64,000 nucleotides of DNA from Polyangiales bacterium (GTDB lineage: Bacteria; Myxococcota_A; Polyangia; Polyangiales; Houyiibacteriaceae): positions 32,001-96,000 of the forward strand of contig JBGCFM010000046.1 in assembly GCA_045106895.1 (NCBI GenBank), read 5' to 3'. Both the position numbers and the translations under genes were made by a program. Positions 9,543 to 18,964 of the stretch are shown piece after piece. Under the pieces are notes generated by a model that was not told where the DNA came from, made no database searches, and worked only from the letters and a program-made list of their open reading frames with translations. Numbering within the stretch: the stretch's first letter is position 1; each line of letters starts with the position of its first letter.

Positions 9543-10448
9543 TTACGCGGAGTTGTTGGGGCCGGATTCTCCAACAAAGAGGGCGTTGTGGCGCCGAAAC
9601 CCCTCGACCATCGCGGCGCGAACGGCCCGCAGCCGTGCGTTGTCTCGGAGGTCCGGGTGGCTGAGCAGCCAGAGGTCAGCCACGTGCCGAAGGTCTGTGT
9701 TCTTCAGCCTGCAGAGCTCCGGCGTTGCGTCGCCGGCATAGGTCGGCAGCATGCCGATGCCGTGCCCTTCCACCACGGCCTGAGTGAGGAGCTCCACGGA
9801 GGAATAGTTGCCCCAGGGGCGAATGCGCGGATAGCTCCCGGAATTGATCAGACGCTCGTGAATCTTGCGTGTGTCGAAGGACACCCACCTCGCTGAGGTG
9901 TCCGCGGCTTCTGCGTCGAGGCGCCCCGCGTGCTCTCGCCCGACGTAGTTGCACAGGGTGAGGGGAACAAGCTTGGTCCCGATGAGGTGCTCCGGCGGCT
10001 GCATGTCCTTTCCAAGGATACGAAGAGCGATGTCGGCTTCGCGCTTGCTGAGGTCGAAAGGGCGCGAATCAGAAACGAGCGTCAGCTCGATGTCGGGGTA
10101 TCTCTGGCAAAGCTCCGCAAGCTCACGGAGGACGATGCGCGAGACGAAGTGGTCGCAGCAGGTGATGGAGACGACGCCGGAGAGGCGTTCATCTTTCCCG
10201 ACGAGGCCGCGTTCGAGCGCCGCCATCTCCGCCTCGACGCGCTCTGCGCGCGGAAGCATCTCTTCGCCCGCGGCGGTCATGACGTAGCCGTCGCGGTTGC
10301 GGTCAAAAAGACGCGCGCTGAGCTGCGCTTCCAGTGCCTCCACGCGACGTGCGACGGTGGAGTGGCTCACGCCGAGAGAAGCGCCGGCGGCACGAACAGA
10401 CCCGAGGCGGGCAAGGGCGAGGAAGTGCTGCACGTCGTTCCAGTCCAT
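9543..10448 (-). CDS. LysR family transcriptional regulator
   Basis: MDWNDV..HSTVARRVEALE HTH and READIALR. Confidence 0.93.
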   Translation of the reverse strand: MDWNDVQHFLALARLGSVRAAGASLGVSHSTVARRVEALEAQLSARLFDRNRDGYVMTAAGEEMLPRAERVEAEMAALERGLVGKDERLSGVVSITCCDHFVSRIVLRELAELCQRYPDIELTLVSDSRPFDLSKREADIALRILGKDMQPPEHLIGTKLVPLTLCNYVGREHAGRLDAEAADTSARWVSFDTRKIHERLINSGSYPRIRPWGNYSSVELLTQAVVEGHGIGMLPTYAGDATPELCRLKNTDLRHVADLWLLSHPDLRDNARLRAVRAAMVEGFRRHNALFVGESGPNNSA

Positions 10449-10532
10449 GAGTTGGGCATCCTAGCACCCTGCATTGTGCCGAGGAGCTAGGAGCCATTGC
10501 GCTCTTCGCGGAGTGGTACTAACGCGCTCAAC

Positions 10533-11912
10533 ATGTCTCTGCGCCCCCGACACGCCTTGTGGCTTCTCCCCGTTCTCGCCGCAGTTGGCGCTGGGGTCTG
10601 GCTCATGCGCACGCGGAACGGTCCGCGCGTCGACACATTTTACGCTGTTCGCCGCCCGCTCATTCAGACGCTGGTGACTTCGGGGCGCGTCGTTCATCGT
10701 CGACAGTCGGAGCTTGGGTCCACGCTTCAGAGCACCGTGGCCGAGATCCTGGTTGATGAAGGGGACACGGTGGAAGCGGACGCTCTTCTAATTCGTCTCG
10801 CCGACGATGAAGCACGGGCGGCCCTCGCAGAAGCGGAGGCGACGCTCAGCGAGGCCGACGCGCGTCTCACTGGCGCTCAAGGTGTCGGTAGGCGTCTGGC
10901 ATCACAGTCCCTTGCTCAGGCACGCATCGACGCGACACAGGCCGTCCGCGAGTACGAGCGATCCCAGGGACTCTACGAGTCCGGCGCTATCAGCGAAGCG
11001 GAACTCCAGCGGGCTCGGCGCGACCGAGACGCGACGCGGAGTCGCCGCGTCAGTGCTTCGCTCGAGGTCGCCGCGTCCGCGCCTACCGGGAGCGACGCGC
11101 AGGTGCTGCGCGCGGGGCTCGCACGGGCGCAGGCCCGTCTGAGAGCCGCCGAGGCGCGCCTTAGTCAGACGCAAATCCGCGCGCCAAGCGCGGGGAGGGT
11201 GCTCGCGCGCCACGTGGAGCGCGGAGAGGTCGTTCGACCAGGCGAAATTCTGGTCACCTTCGCCGGCGATGGGCCCCTCGAGATCGTAGTGCGACCCGAC
11301 GAGTCGAACCTGGCGCGCCTGTCCGAGGGGCAGCTCGCGTTGGTGTCTCCGGAAGCGTTTCCCGAGCGGAGAATTCGAGCGCGCGTTGCCCGCATCGCGC
11401 CATCCGTCGACCCAACGCGCGGCACCATCGAGATCGACCTCACCATCGAGGACGAAGAAGCGGCAGACGAATCGCAGTCCCCCTCAGACGATAGCGCGCA
11501 GCCGGAGGCGGGCGCCGAGGCTGACGTTGCGGAGTCCGATAACGCGGACGACGAAGTTGTCGGCGGCGACGGCGCTTCTCTTGAAGAATCAATCCCTCAG
11601 GCGCCGGGGCCCGCGGAGCGCACGCTAAGGCCGGACATGACCGTGGCCGTCGAAGTGGAAGTCGGCCGCACCGCCGACGCCCTCGTGCTCCCGACGGCGC
11701 TTGTCCGCGACCTTGGCACGAGCTCACCGTGGGTCCTCGTGGCGGACAATGGCGTGGCGGTGCGTCGCGACGTTCAGCTGGGGCTCGAAGGAGACGAGCT
11801 CGTCGAGGTGGCCGAAGGGCTCGAGGAGGACGACGCGCTCATCGCACCGGAGAGTCCCGTTGGGCCCGGCGAGCCCGTTCGTCCACGCGCTGCTCGGCCG
11901 GCGGTCGAGTAG
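10533..11912 (+). CDS. Efflux periplasmic adaptor subunit (HlyD/MacA family)
   Basis: N-terminal TM, lipoyl halves (VDEGDTV; IRAPSAGRV..VERGE), coiled-coil hairpin and LRPDMTV; contains an acidic insertion. Confidence 0.9.
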   Translation: MSLRPRHALWLLPVLAAVGAGVWLMRTRNGPRVDTFYAVRRPLIQTLVTSGRVVHRRQSELGSTLQSTVAEILVDEGDTVEADALLIRLADDEARAALAEAEATLSEADARLTGAQGVGRRLASQSLAQARIDATQAVREYERSQGLYESGAISEAELQRARRDRDATRSRRVSASLEVAASAPTGSDAQVLRAGLARAQARLRAAEARLSQTQIRAPSAGRVLARHVERGEVVRPGEILVTFAGDGPLEIVVRPDESNLARLSEGQLALVSPEAFPERRIRARVARIAPSVDPTRGTIEIDLTIEDEEAADESQSPSDDSAQPEAGAEADVAESDNADDEVVGGDGASLEESIPQAPGPAERTLRPDMTVAVEVEVGRTADALVLPTALVRDLGTSSPWVLVADNGVAVRRDVQLGLEGDELVEVAEGLEEDDALIAPESPVGPGEPVRPRAARPAVE

Positions 11913-13103
11913 ATGCTCGCCCTCAAGCTTGCGTTTCGTTTTCTGCGCGAAGGGCTCACTCAATCGCTGCTCATCGTGAGCGGCGTCACCGTCGGCATCG
12001 CGGCGTACGTGTTCGTGTCGGCGCTGATGACGGGACTCGCGGCGAACCTCGTGGATCAGACACTCGGCGCTCAGGCGCACATCGTGATCTCTCCGGCGGA
12101 GGAGACGCCGCGCATTCTGATGGATGGGCCAGAGCTCTTCGCGCGCCAAGTCCAGGCTGCGGAGCCGACGCGTCGTCCCTTCGACCAGTGGCAGCGGACC
12201 CTCGCTCGTGTCGAGAGCTCGGGCTTGGCAACGGCGGTCTGCGCCAAAGTCACCGGACCGATCATCATGAGCCGCGGTGGCGCTCAACAAGGCGGTCTCC
12301 TCGTCGGCGCCGACGCCGCCCGGCTTCGTGGCATTATCGACTTCCCGAGCTACATGGTACGCGGCGCGTACCGCCTTGGAAGCGATGACGCGCTTATCGG
12401 AGACGGCCTCGCAGAGACCCTCGGTCTATCCGTTGGAAGCTTGCTGCGCGTGCGCAGCGGCGAGCGTGAAACAACCCTTCGTGTCTCGGGCATCTTCCAC
12501 CTCGGAAACGCCGGTGTCGACGATGCTTGGGTGGTGAGCTCACTCCGCAACGCCCAGACGCTCCTCGACCGTGTCGGCGATATCAGCGCCATCGACATCC
12601 GCGTGGAAGAGCCCTTCGACGCGGAAGCGCTGGCGACGCGCCTCAGCGAACGGACAGGCCTGGAAGCGCAGAGCTGGATGGCGCGCAACCAACAACTCCT
12701 CGTCGCCCTCGAGAGCCAAGGGCGCTCCAGCCAGATGATCAACATCTTCGTATTGCTCGCCGTGGCGATGGGCATCGCGAGCGTGCTCGTCGTGAGCGTC
12801 GTTCAGCGCCAAGGGCAGATCGGAATACTCCGGGCCATTGGAACATCACGCCGAACGGTCTTGAGCATCTTCCTCTGGCAAGGCGCGCTCCTCGGCGTGA
12901 GCGGCGCAATCCTTGGGATCCTACTCGGCGCGCTCGTCGCGAGCTGGTTAGGCGGCCTGGTTCAGTTCGACATCGTCGTGTCGCTCAATCTCGTGCTCTC
13001 GGCGCTCGGGATTTCCCTCATGACCGGGGTGCTCGCCGCGATTCTCCCCGCGCGAAGCGCCGCGCGCATGGACCCCGCCGTCGCCATCCGAGGTGACGCA
13101 TGA
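11913..13103 (+). CDS. ABC transporter permease (MacB/FtsX/LolC-E family)
   Basis: 4-TM topology with large periplasmic loop, IGILRAIG and PARSAARMDP. Confidence 0.92.
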   Translation: MLALKLAFRFLREGLTQSLLIVSGVTVGIAAYVFVSALMTGLAANLVDQTLGAQAHIVISPAEETPRILMDGPELFARQVQAAEPTRRPFDQWQRTLARVESSGLATAVCAKVTGPIIMSRGGAQQGGLLVGADAARLRGIIDFPSYMVRGAYRLGSDDALIGDGLAETLGLSVGSLLRVRSGERETTLRVSGIFHLGNAGVDDAWVVSSLRNAQTLLDRVGDISAIDIRVEEPFDAEALATRLSERTGLEAQSWMARNQQLLVALESQGRSSQMINIFVLLAVAMGIASVLVVSVVQRQGQIGILRAIGTSRRTVLSIFLWQGALLGVSGAILGILLGALVASWLGGLVQFDIVVSLNLVLSALGISLMTGVLAAILPARSAARMDPAVAIRGDA

Positions 13104-13804
13104 GCGAGCTTCTTCTTTCTCTCCGCGACGTCCGCAAGTCCTTCGGCGATGAAGTGAAGGTGGAAGTCCTTCACGGCATCGACCTGAAGCTCTACGCCGG
13201 CGAGATGACCGCGCTCATCGGGCCTAGCGGCTCCGGCAAGAGCACTCTGCTCAATCAGATCGGGCTCCTCGATAGGCCAAGCTCGGGTACCATTGAGCTT
13301 CTTGGCAAGGACATCAGCTCCCTTGACGACGCCGGCTTAACGGCGCTGCGTGGTCGCTCGCTGGGCTTCATCTTTCAGTCCCACCACCTGCTCCCGGCGT
13401 TGAGCGTCCTGGAAAACGTGATGATGCCAGCCGCCGCCGTCGGCGGAGGATTCACGCGCGAAATGGAGCCACGCGCACAGTCGCTCCTGGACGCCGTGGG
13501 CCTAGGCGACCGAACGGACTCATTCCCGAGGCAGCTCTCGGGCGGTATGCAGCAGCGCGTCGCCGTGGCGCGAGCGCTGATGAACGAGCCTTCTCTTGTC
13601 CTCGCCGATGAGCCAACGGGCAACTTGGACACGGAAAGCAGTGACCGAGTCTTCGAACTCCTCACGCGACGCAACGAAGAGGAGCAGACCTCGTTCCTCA
13701 TCGTCACCCACAGCCACGACCTCGCTCGGCGCTGTCGGCGTGTCGTCCGTATCGTCGACGGGCGCATCGATGGCGACGGAACGCCGGCCGAAGTTTTGGG
13801 CTAG
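13100..13804 (+). CDS. ABC transporter ATP-binding protein (LolD/MacB-like)
   Basis: Walker A GPSGSGKST, LSGGMQQR, LADEPTGNLD and VTH. Confidence 0.95.
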   Translation: MSELLLSLRDVRKSFGDEVKVEVLHGIDLKLYAGEMTALIGPSGSGKSTLLNQIGLLDRPSSGTIELLGKDISSLDDAGLTALRGRSLGFIFQSHHLLPALSVLENVMMPAAAVGGGFTREMEPRAQSLLDAVGLGDRTDSFPRQLSGGMQQRVAVARALMNEPSLVLADEPTGNLDTESSDRVFELLTRRNEEEQTSFLIVTHSHDLARRCRRVVRIVDGRIDGDGTPAEVLG

Positions 13805-13825
13805 GACGCAACGAAGCGCACTCTC

Positions 13826-13918
13826 GCGCAATTCTTGCGACGACTCGCGCAACCCGTGCGCGAGGCGACATGCGGCGTCCCCCTGAGCCAACGAAGCATC
13901 TTTGGCACGGGTTCTGCT
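13826..13918 (+). promoter_or_regulatory. Sigma54 promoter with two upstream GCGCA-N5-TGCGC-type enhancer sites
   Basis: GCGCA-attct-TGCGA (13826-13840) and GCGCA-acccg-TGCGC (13847-13861), 21 bp apart; TGGCACGGGTTCTGCT (13903-13918) gives GG-N10-GC. Confidence 0.7.
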
Positions 13919-14027
13919 GGCGAGGCTCCCGGGTGCATCGCGCGCCCACCAAGGGGGCACGTATGAGCAAGTGGACGAAAAGGTTGGAGTTGCGAGGGCC
14001 GCGCTGCGTCAGATTCGGCGGTCCCAA

Positions 14028-14666
14028 GTGAGCTCTTTTCCCGTCGGACTTCGCTCCTGCGGAGGCGCGGAGCATCAGCACGTGCCACGCCTCATTGCCC
14101 TTACGGGAGGCCCCGGAGCCGGCAAGACAGCGGTTCTTGAGATGGCTAGCCGCGCGTTTTGTCGCCACGTGGCGATTCTCCCGGAGGCCGCCGGCATCGT
14201 ATTCGGTGGCGGCTTCCCGCGCGCCCCGGGGGAGTTGGTGTTGCGTGCGTCCCAGCGTGCGATCTTCGGCATTCAACGTGAGGTCGAGCGGCTGGTGCTC
14301 GATGAAGGCGAAGTCGCGTTGGGTTTGTGCGACCGCGGCAGCATCGATGGGGTCGCGTATTGGCCGGGGCCTCGAGAGTCATTCTTCACGGAGTTCGACA
14401 CGAGCATTCAATTGGAATTGGCCCGTTACGCCGCGGTCATTCACCTTGAAACACCGCACGCGACGCAGGGCTATAACCGCTCCAACGCTCTGCGCGTAGA
14501 GACCGCCGAGGAGGCACGCGTCATCGACGAGCGCATCGCGGATGCGTGGCGTGCCCACCCTCGACGTTTCACCATTCCGAGCACAGCGAACTTTGTCGAC
14601 AAGGCGCTTTTGGCGCTCGCGAAGATTCGCGGCGAGTTGCCCGAGTGCTGTCGGTCCTCGGACTGA
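14028..14666 (+). CDS. AAA_28-type P-loop NTPase (NadR-kinase-like)
   Basis: IALTGGPGAGKT, LPEAA and LCDRGSIDG. GTG start overlaps the stop of a 22-aa upstream ORF (13963-14031). Confidence 0.85.
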   Translation: MSSFPVGLRSCGGAEHQHVPRLIALTGGPGAGKTAVLEMASRAFCRHVAILPEAAGIVFGGGFPRAPGELVLRASQRAIFGIQREVERLVLDEGEVALGLCDRGSIDGVAYWPGPRESFFTEFDTSIQLELARYAAVIHLETPHATQGYNRSNALRVETAEEARVIDERIADAWRAHPRRFTIPSTANFVDKALLALAKIRGELPECCRSSD

Positions 14667-14673
14667 CGACTCG

Positions 14674-14767
14674 CCGCGCAGAAACTGCGCGGTCCTTCGC
14701 CATCCACGCAAAAAGCGCCGCTGCGCGTAGGAAATGTCGAGGAGTGGCCTCTGGTGCGCTTCGTGCA
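14674..14767 (+). promoter_or_regulatory. Second sigma54 promoter with GCGCA-N5-TGCGC site
   Basis: Perfect palindrome CCGCGCAG-aaa-CTGCGCGG (14674-14692); TGGTGCGCTTCGTGCA (14752-14767) gives GG-N10-GC just upstream of the ATG at 14780. Confidence 0.6.
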
Positions 14768-14779
14768 GCACCCAGGCCG

Positions 14780-15643
14780 ATGTCCAACCAGCGACCGGTC
14801 CGTAACTACATGACGCCGCTTCCGCACACCATCGGTGCGGAGCAGTCCCTCGCGAGCGCGTCGCGTCGCATGAGCCAGCTTGGTGTCAGGCACCTTCCTG
14901 TGCTTCAGGGAGGGCTCCTGTGCGGCGTGGTGTCGGAGCGCGATATTCTGTTTCTTCGTTCCCACACCGGCATCGATCCCGAGCGAACGAGTGTCGAGGA
15001 GGCCATGAGCGCCGAGCCCTTTGTGGTCGGCCCGGAGATGCCCATCGGCGCCGTAGCGCGGAGCATGTCGAAGCGACGCATCGGCTCCGTGGTCGTCGTC
15101 GAAGGTCAAGATGTGGTGGGCATCCTGACAACGACGGATGCCTTGGCCATTCTCGCTGACGTCGTCGACAGTGTGGGCATCGCGCCGGCGCCACCGGCGC
15201 TCGTACCGAGCGTCGTGCGGGTGCGTGTGTTGGAGGAGCACGTGGCGCTCCGCGGGTTGCTCGCCACGATGAGCAGTCTCGCTGAGCGCGTGCTCGACAC
15301 GGACAACGCCCTCGATGAAGAGCTGCCGCTTCAGGCGCGCGAGGTCTATCGAGCGCTCATCCGTCATCTGGACCTCGAGGACCTTATTCTCGCGCCTGCG
15401 CTGAGATCTGCAGATGCGTGGGGCGAGGTTCGCGCAGACGCCCTCGTCGCGGAGCACCGTCGCCAAAGGGAGCAGTTTCGCGCCGCCTTTGCCGACCAAG
15501 ATGGGGGCGGCAGCGTCAAGCTCGCCTCCGGGCTGCTGAGAATCGCTCCGCTCATCCTCGAAGACATGGCGCACGAAGAGGAGGAGCTGCTGACGGAGGC
15601 CCTCCTCGGAGACGACGTCGCGATGGTCGCGCCGGGAGCGTGA
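14780..15643 (+). CDS. CBS-pair plus hemerythrin-like domain protein
   Basis: VRNYMT..VRHLPVL..GVVSERD and IGSVVVV..GILTTTD CBS pair; C-terminal EEH..HLDLED..EH..MAHEE hemerythrin-type pattern. Confidence 0.82.
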   Translation: MSNQRPVRNYMTPLPHTIGAEQSLASASRRMSQLGVRHLPVLQGGLLCGVVSERDILFLRSHTGIDPERTSVEEAMSAEPFVVGPEMPIGAVARSMSKRRIGSVVVVEGQDVVGILTTTDALAILADVVDSVGIAPAPPALVPSVVRVRVLEEHVALRGLLATMSSLAERVLDTDNALDEELPLQAREVYRALIRHLDLEDLILAPALRSADAWGEVRADALVAEHRRQREQFRAAFADQDGGGSVKLASGLLRIAPLILEDMAHEEEELLTEALLGDDVAMVAPGA

Positions 15644-15697
15644 ATACGTCGCGGCCAAGCATCCGAACCGTTCTTCCAATGACCAAAAAGCAGTCCT

Positions 15698-16615
15698 ATG
15701 CCCACCATTGACCGAATTCTCTGTCCTACGGACTTCTCCGAGCAAGCGTCGCACGCTCTGACCTACGCCCTTCGCTTGGCCGAAGGCCTCCACGCCGAAG
15801 TCACGTTGCTGCACGTGTGTCCGAGTTTCCCCTATCTCACGCCCGGTGAAGACTACGCGCCGCTCGCCGATGAAGAGCGAGCCATCATGGAGAGCGCGCA
15901 GAAGGAGCTTGATAGCTGGGTTCGGAAGTTCTCGAAGACGACCACCGTGCCGCTGAAGTCACGACTCGACGAAGGCCACGCGTACAAGAAGATCAACGCG
16001 GCCGCCGACGAACTCTATGCGGGCCTCATCGTGATGGGCACTCATGGCCGGAGCGGCTTGTCGCGGATGGTGATGGGCAGCGTGGCCGAGAGGACCATTC
16101 GAACCTCGTCTCGCCCGGTCCTGACCATCCCTCGCGCGATGGCGAAGACGGTGCAACTCAGCGGAGCGCCCTCCGGCGGGAACATCGAGACCCCTCCGCA
16201 TATTCTCCTCGCGACGGACTTCTCTGACCCCGCCGACCGGGCCTGCGAGCTGGCCAAGACACTCCGCGAGTCTTTTGGCGCTACGGTTCATGTGGTGCAC
16301 GTCATCCTTCGTCCTGACGACGAGGTCTTTGGGGGCGACAGTCATCTTCATGACAAACGCTTCGCTGCCTACGAACTTGGACTTGAGACGACACTCGAGG
16401 CCTTTGGGCGGAGCTTTGGGCCCGGCCCGAAGGTCACGACGAAGCTGCTCAAAGGCAAACCCGTAGAGCGTATCCTCGCCGCCGCCCGCGCCACGAAGGC
16501 GGACCTCGTTTGTGTGGGTACGACGGGGCGAGGGATGGTCGATCGACTTCTCATGGGAAGCACTGCGAGGGCTCTCATTCGCGACAGCGATGTGCCGGTG
16601 CTGATAACCCCTTGA
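15698..16615 (+). CDS. Universal stress protein (tandem USP domains)
   Basis: ILCPTDFS..VMGTHGRSG..GSVAE..PVL followed by ILLATDFS..GTTGRG..GSTA..PVL. Confidence 0.95.
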   Translation: MPTIDRILCPTDFSEQASHALTYALRLAEGLHAEVTLLHVCPSFPYLTPGEDYAPLADEERAIMESAQKELDSWVRKFSKTTTVPLKSRLDEGHAYKKINAAADELYAGLIVMGTHGRSGLSRMVMGSVAERTIRTSSRPVLTIPRAMAKTVQLSGAPSGGNIETPPHILLATDFSDPADRACELAKTLRESFGATVHVVHVILRPDDEVFGGDSHLHDKRFAAYELGLETTLEAFGRSFGPGPKVTTKLLKGKPVERILAAARATKADLVCVGTTGRGMVDRLLMGSTARALIRDSDVPVLITP

Positions 16616-16644
16616 GCCAGCGCACTCGCTCCTCCGATGCCGTG

Positions 16645-16770
16645 CTAGCTCATCGACGCCGCGCTGTTTGGAAAGAGGGCGAGGGCTGCCATGACGGCGA
16701 GCAAGATGAGCAGAGCGACCCATGCCCAAGGCGAAATGGAGCGCTTCTTGTCTTGTGAAGGAAGTGTCAT
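16645..16770 (-). CDS. Small single-pass membrane protein (41 aa), below the ORF-track cutoff
   Basis: MTLPSQDKKRSISPWAWVALLILLAVMAALALFPNSAASMS; basic N-region then hydrophobic helix; fills an intergenic gap directly behind a sigma54-like promoter. Confidence 0.45.
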   Translation of the reverse strand: MTLPSQDKKRSISPWAWVALLILLAVMAALALFPNSAASMS

Positions 16771-16782
16771 GAAGAGAACGTT

Positions 16783-16798
16783 TGCGAACTCTGTGCCA
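16783..16798 (-). promoter_or_regulatory. Sigma54 -24/-12 promoter
   Basis: Minus strand reads TGGCACAGAGTTCGCA (GG-N10-GC). Confidence 0.55.
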
Positions 16799-16812
16799 CC
16801 GTTGAGCTTCCC

Positions 16813-17844
16813 TTAGAAGGTGAGTGACTCACCCTCCGCCTTCGCGGAGCGCGCGGCAAGCCACGGGCCCAGCGTGAGCGCGACGATGGCCGCGATGACG
16901 AGGCCAGCGCCGGCGAGCTGGTACATGGAGGGCCACTCGGCACCCAGGAAGACGGCGAGGATGCCCGAGGCGACGACGCCGGCGAGGATGCTGGAGCTTC
17001 GGTTCACGGGCACGCTGAATGTGTTTTCGCTTGGGTCGAGGAACACCAAGGTGCCAAAGATCCCAGTGCCCTGAGAAAGCACGCCGAGGAACATGGTGGG
17101 CAGGATGGCAGCAGCGGGGAGTGCGACGAACCCATCGCGAATCGCGCCGAGTACGGGCCCCGTCCCAACGAGCGCCGCGATGCAGAGAATCGCGACGGTG
17201 AGTGGGGTGGCGACGAGCTGCTCTTCGACGAAATAGCGGAGCGTCGCCTCGCGCTCTTTGGACTTGGCCTGTCCGCTCATGATGCGGAGCCGCACGAGGT
17301 AGGCGGTGAGGTAAAAGAGCACGTCGAGGGCGCACGTCAGCGTAATCGCGTATCCGCCTTTCTCCGCGAAGGCGACGACGAGGGCGGCCATGCTCAGCGC
17401 CAGCCCCACGAAGGAGAACCAGCGCGCCTTTCGTCCGCTGAGGGCATCGACGACGGGCGCGATGATGAGGACTCCGCCGCGCATCAGGAGCATGATGAAG
17501 ACGATGGACACGCCTTCGAAGGTGTAGGCGAGAGTCGTCGTGGCGATGATCATCGCGGTGCATGCGCCGGACAGAGCGGTGAGGCGCCTCGGGACCGGCC
17601 AGCTGCGGCCGAGGAAACGCCGCTGCGTCGCATGTTTCCACCAATCCATCTTCGTCAAAAAAAGCAGCATGACGCCGAGGGAGGTGAGCGTAGAGATCGG
17701 CAGCAGGCTAAGCCCGGCGATGGCGTCGGCGCCGGGATAGAGGCCGCTTGACAGCGCCTTGGTCAACGCCGAGTAAGGCGCGTACGCGGCAAAATAGCCG
17801 AAGGCAAAAAGCCAGATAGAGTTATTGCCAGCGTTCTTTGCCAC
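16813..17844 (-). CDS. Multi-pass membrane protein, probably DMT/EamA-like fold
   Basis: About 10 hydrophobic segments; YFAAYAPYSALTK and LLMRGGVL. Confidence 0.7.
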   Translation of the reverse strand: MAKNAGNNSIWLFAFGYFAAYAPYSALTKALSSGLYPGADAIAGLSLLPISTLTSLGVMLLFLTKMDWWKHATQRRFLGRSWPVPRRLTALSGACTAMIIATTTLAYTFEGVSIVFIMLLMRGGVLIIAPVVDALSGRKARWFSFVGLALSMAALVVAFAEKGGYAITLTCALDVLFYLTAYLVRLRIMSGQAKSKEREATLRYFVEEQLVATPLTVAILCIAALVGTGPVLGAIRDGFVALPAAAILPTMFLGVLSQGTGIFGTLVFLDPSENTFSVPVNRSSSILAGVVASGILAVFLGAEWPSMYQLAGAGLVIAAIVALTLGPWLAARSAKAEGESLTF

Positions 17845-17894
17845 GTGTTGACCATAAGCATGGGAGGAGCGAGCCGCTGTGCGTCAACGCGCAG

Positions 17895-18881
17895 TCAACC
17901 TCCGCACATGGCATCGTACTGCGGGTCACGAGCCCGGTAGCTCGGGTCGGTGCATTCGCACCAGCGTTCCAGTCCGCATTGGTCTCGACTGCGATGACAG
18001 GGAGGGCACTCGTTGCAGTGGGCGTCGCTTCCCGGGTCGTAGTCCGTGGGACAGAGCGCACGTTCGTTCGCGCTATCCCAAACCGTCGGGTCACCGCTCT
18101 CGCGAAACACCAGCGTGCAGCTTGCGCCGTGATTCAACCCAGCGACGGCCTCAGCGCTGCGAACCTGCGGCGGCAGGCAATCGCAGCTGCAGCGAATTCG
18201 GCACATGCCCTCGCCGGTGCACTCCATGTTGTCGTTTGGTTCGACGCCGCATCCGCAGTTCCCGGCTAGACGGCAATCGCTCACGCCGCCATGGGCGTCG
18301 CGATGTCCGCCCGCGCAAGGGCGGCCGCACCCGTCGTCTTCCCCGCAGAGGCTGTCGCTGCAGTTCGGCACGCACGATACGTCGGTGTCGGCGTCCGGCG
18401 TTCCTCCATCTTGCGTCCCGCCATCGCTTCCGCCGTTTACGCGTACGGTGCACGTGCCGTACACGCGCTCCTCTGGGTCTGCGACGAGCTCCAGCGTCAG
18501 TCGCGTGGGGGCATGGCCATCGACAATGAATCGCCACTGAAAGGGCGGCTCGTCGCTTTCGAGTTCATCGAAGCGAGCGACGGGCGCTCCAGCGCCGCTC
18601 GTGCGCAGGTTGATGTTCGTGAGGCCAGACGTCGGATGCGTGAAGCGGACGACCAGGGGTGCGCCGCTGAGCGCTGTGCCTTCGATTTCAAAGCCATCAT
18701 CGCAAGGCAGCGGTTGCGGCACGTCGGTGGGTGCGCCGGTGTCCGTGAAAACGACGTCTGCGCCCGCATCGGCCAAGGTCGTATCCTCATCGTGTGCATC
18801 GGCGCCGCCATCGACTCGCCCAGGCGGCGGCTCCCCGGCACACGAGACGAGCAAAACGAGCAGGGTGCGGAGCCAGCGCAT
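17895..18881 (-). CDS. Cys-rich lipoprotein, hypothetical
   Basis: Lipobox LVSC, DGG/DAG linkers, CVPNC..CGEDDGCG repeat and many Cys. Confidence 0.75.
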   Translation of the reverse strand: MRWLRTLLVLLVSCAGEPPPGRVDGGADAHDEDTTLADAGADVVFTDTGAPTDVPQPLPCDDGFEIEGTALSGAPLVVRFTHPTSGLTNINLRTSGAGAPVARFDELESDEPPFQWRFIVDGHAPTRLTLELVADPEERVYGTCTVRVNGGSDGGTQDGGTPDADTDVSCVPNCSDSLCGEDDGCGRPCAGGHRDAHGGVSDCRLAGNCGCGVEPNDNMECTGEGMCRIRCSCDCLPPQVRSAEAVAGLNHGASCTLVFRESGDPTVWDSANERALCPTDYDPGSDAHCNECPPCHRSRDQCGLERWCECTDPSYRARDPQYDAMCGG

Positions 18882-18964
18882 TCGTCGAGGATATCACTGC
18901 GGGCGCAGCTTCTTCCGGCGCAGCCTCTCACCACCTAAGAAATTGCGTGGTAGGCTCACTTGTT

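Noticed and set aside
14471..15814. Long antisense ORFs (also 34256-35569, 26696-27931, 50751-51914, 61862-62941, 39490-40458 and others)
   Set aside because: These are shadow ORFs opposite or out of frame with well-supported genes. They are expected at this GC content and carry no motifs.
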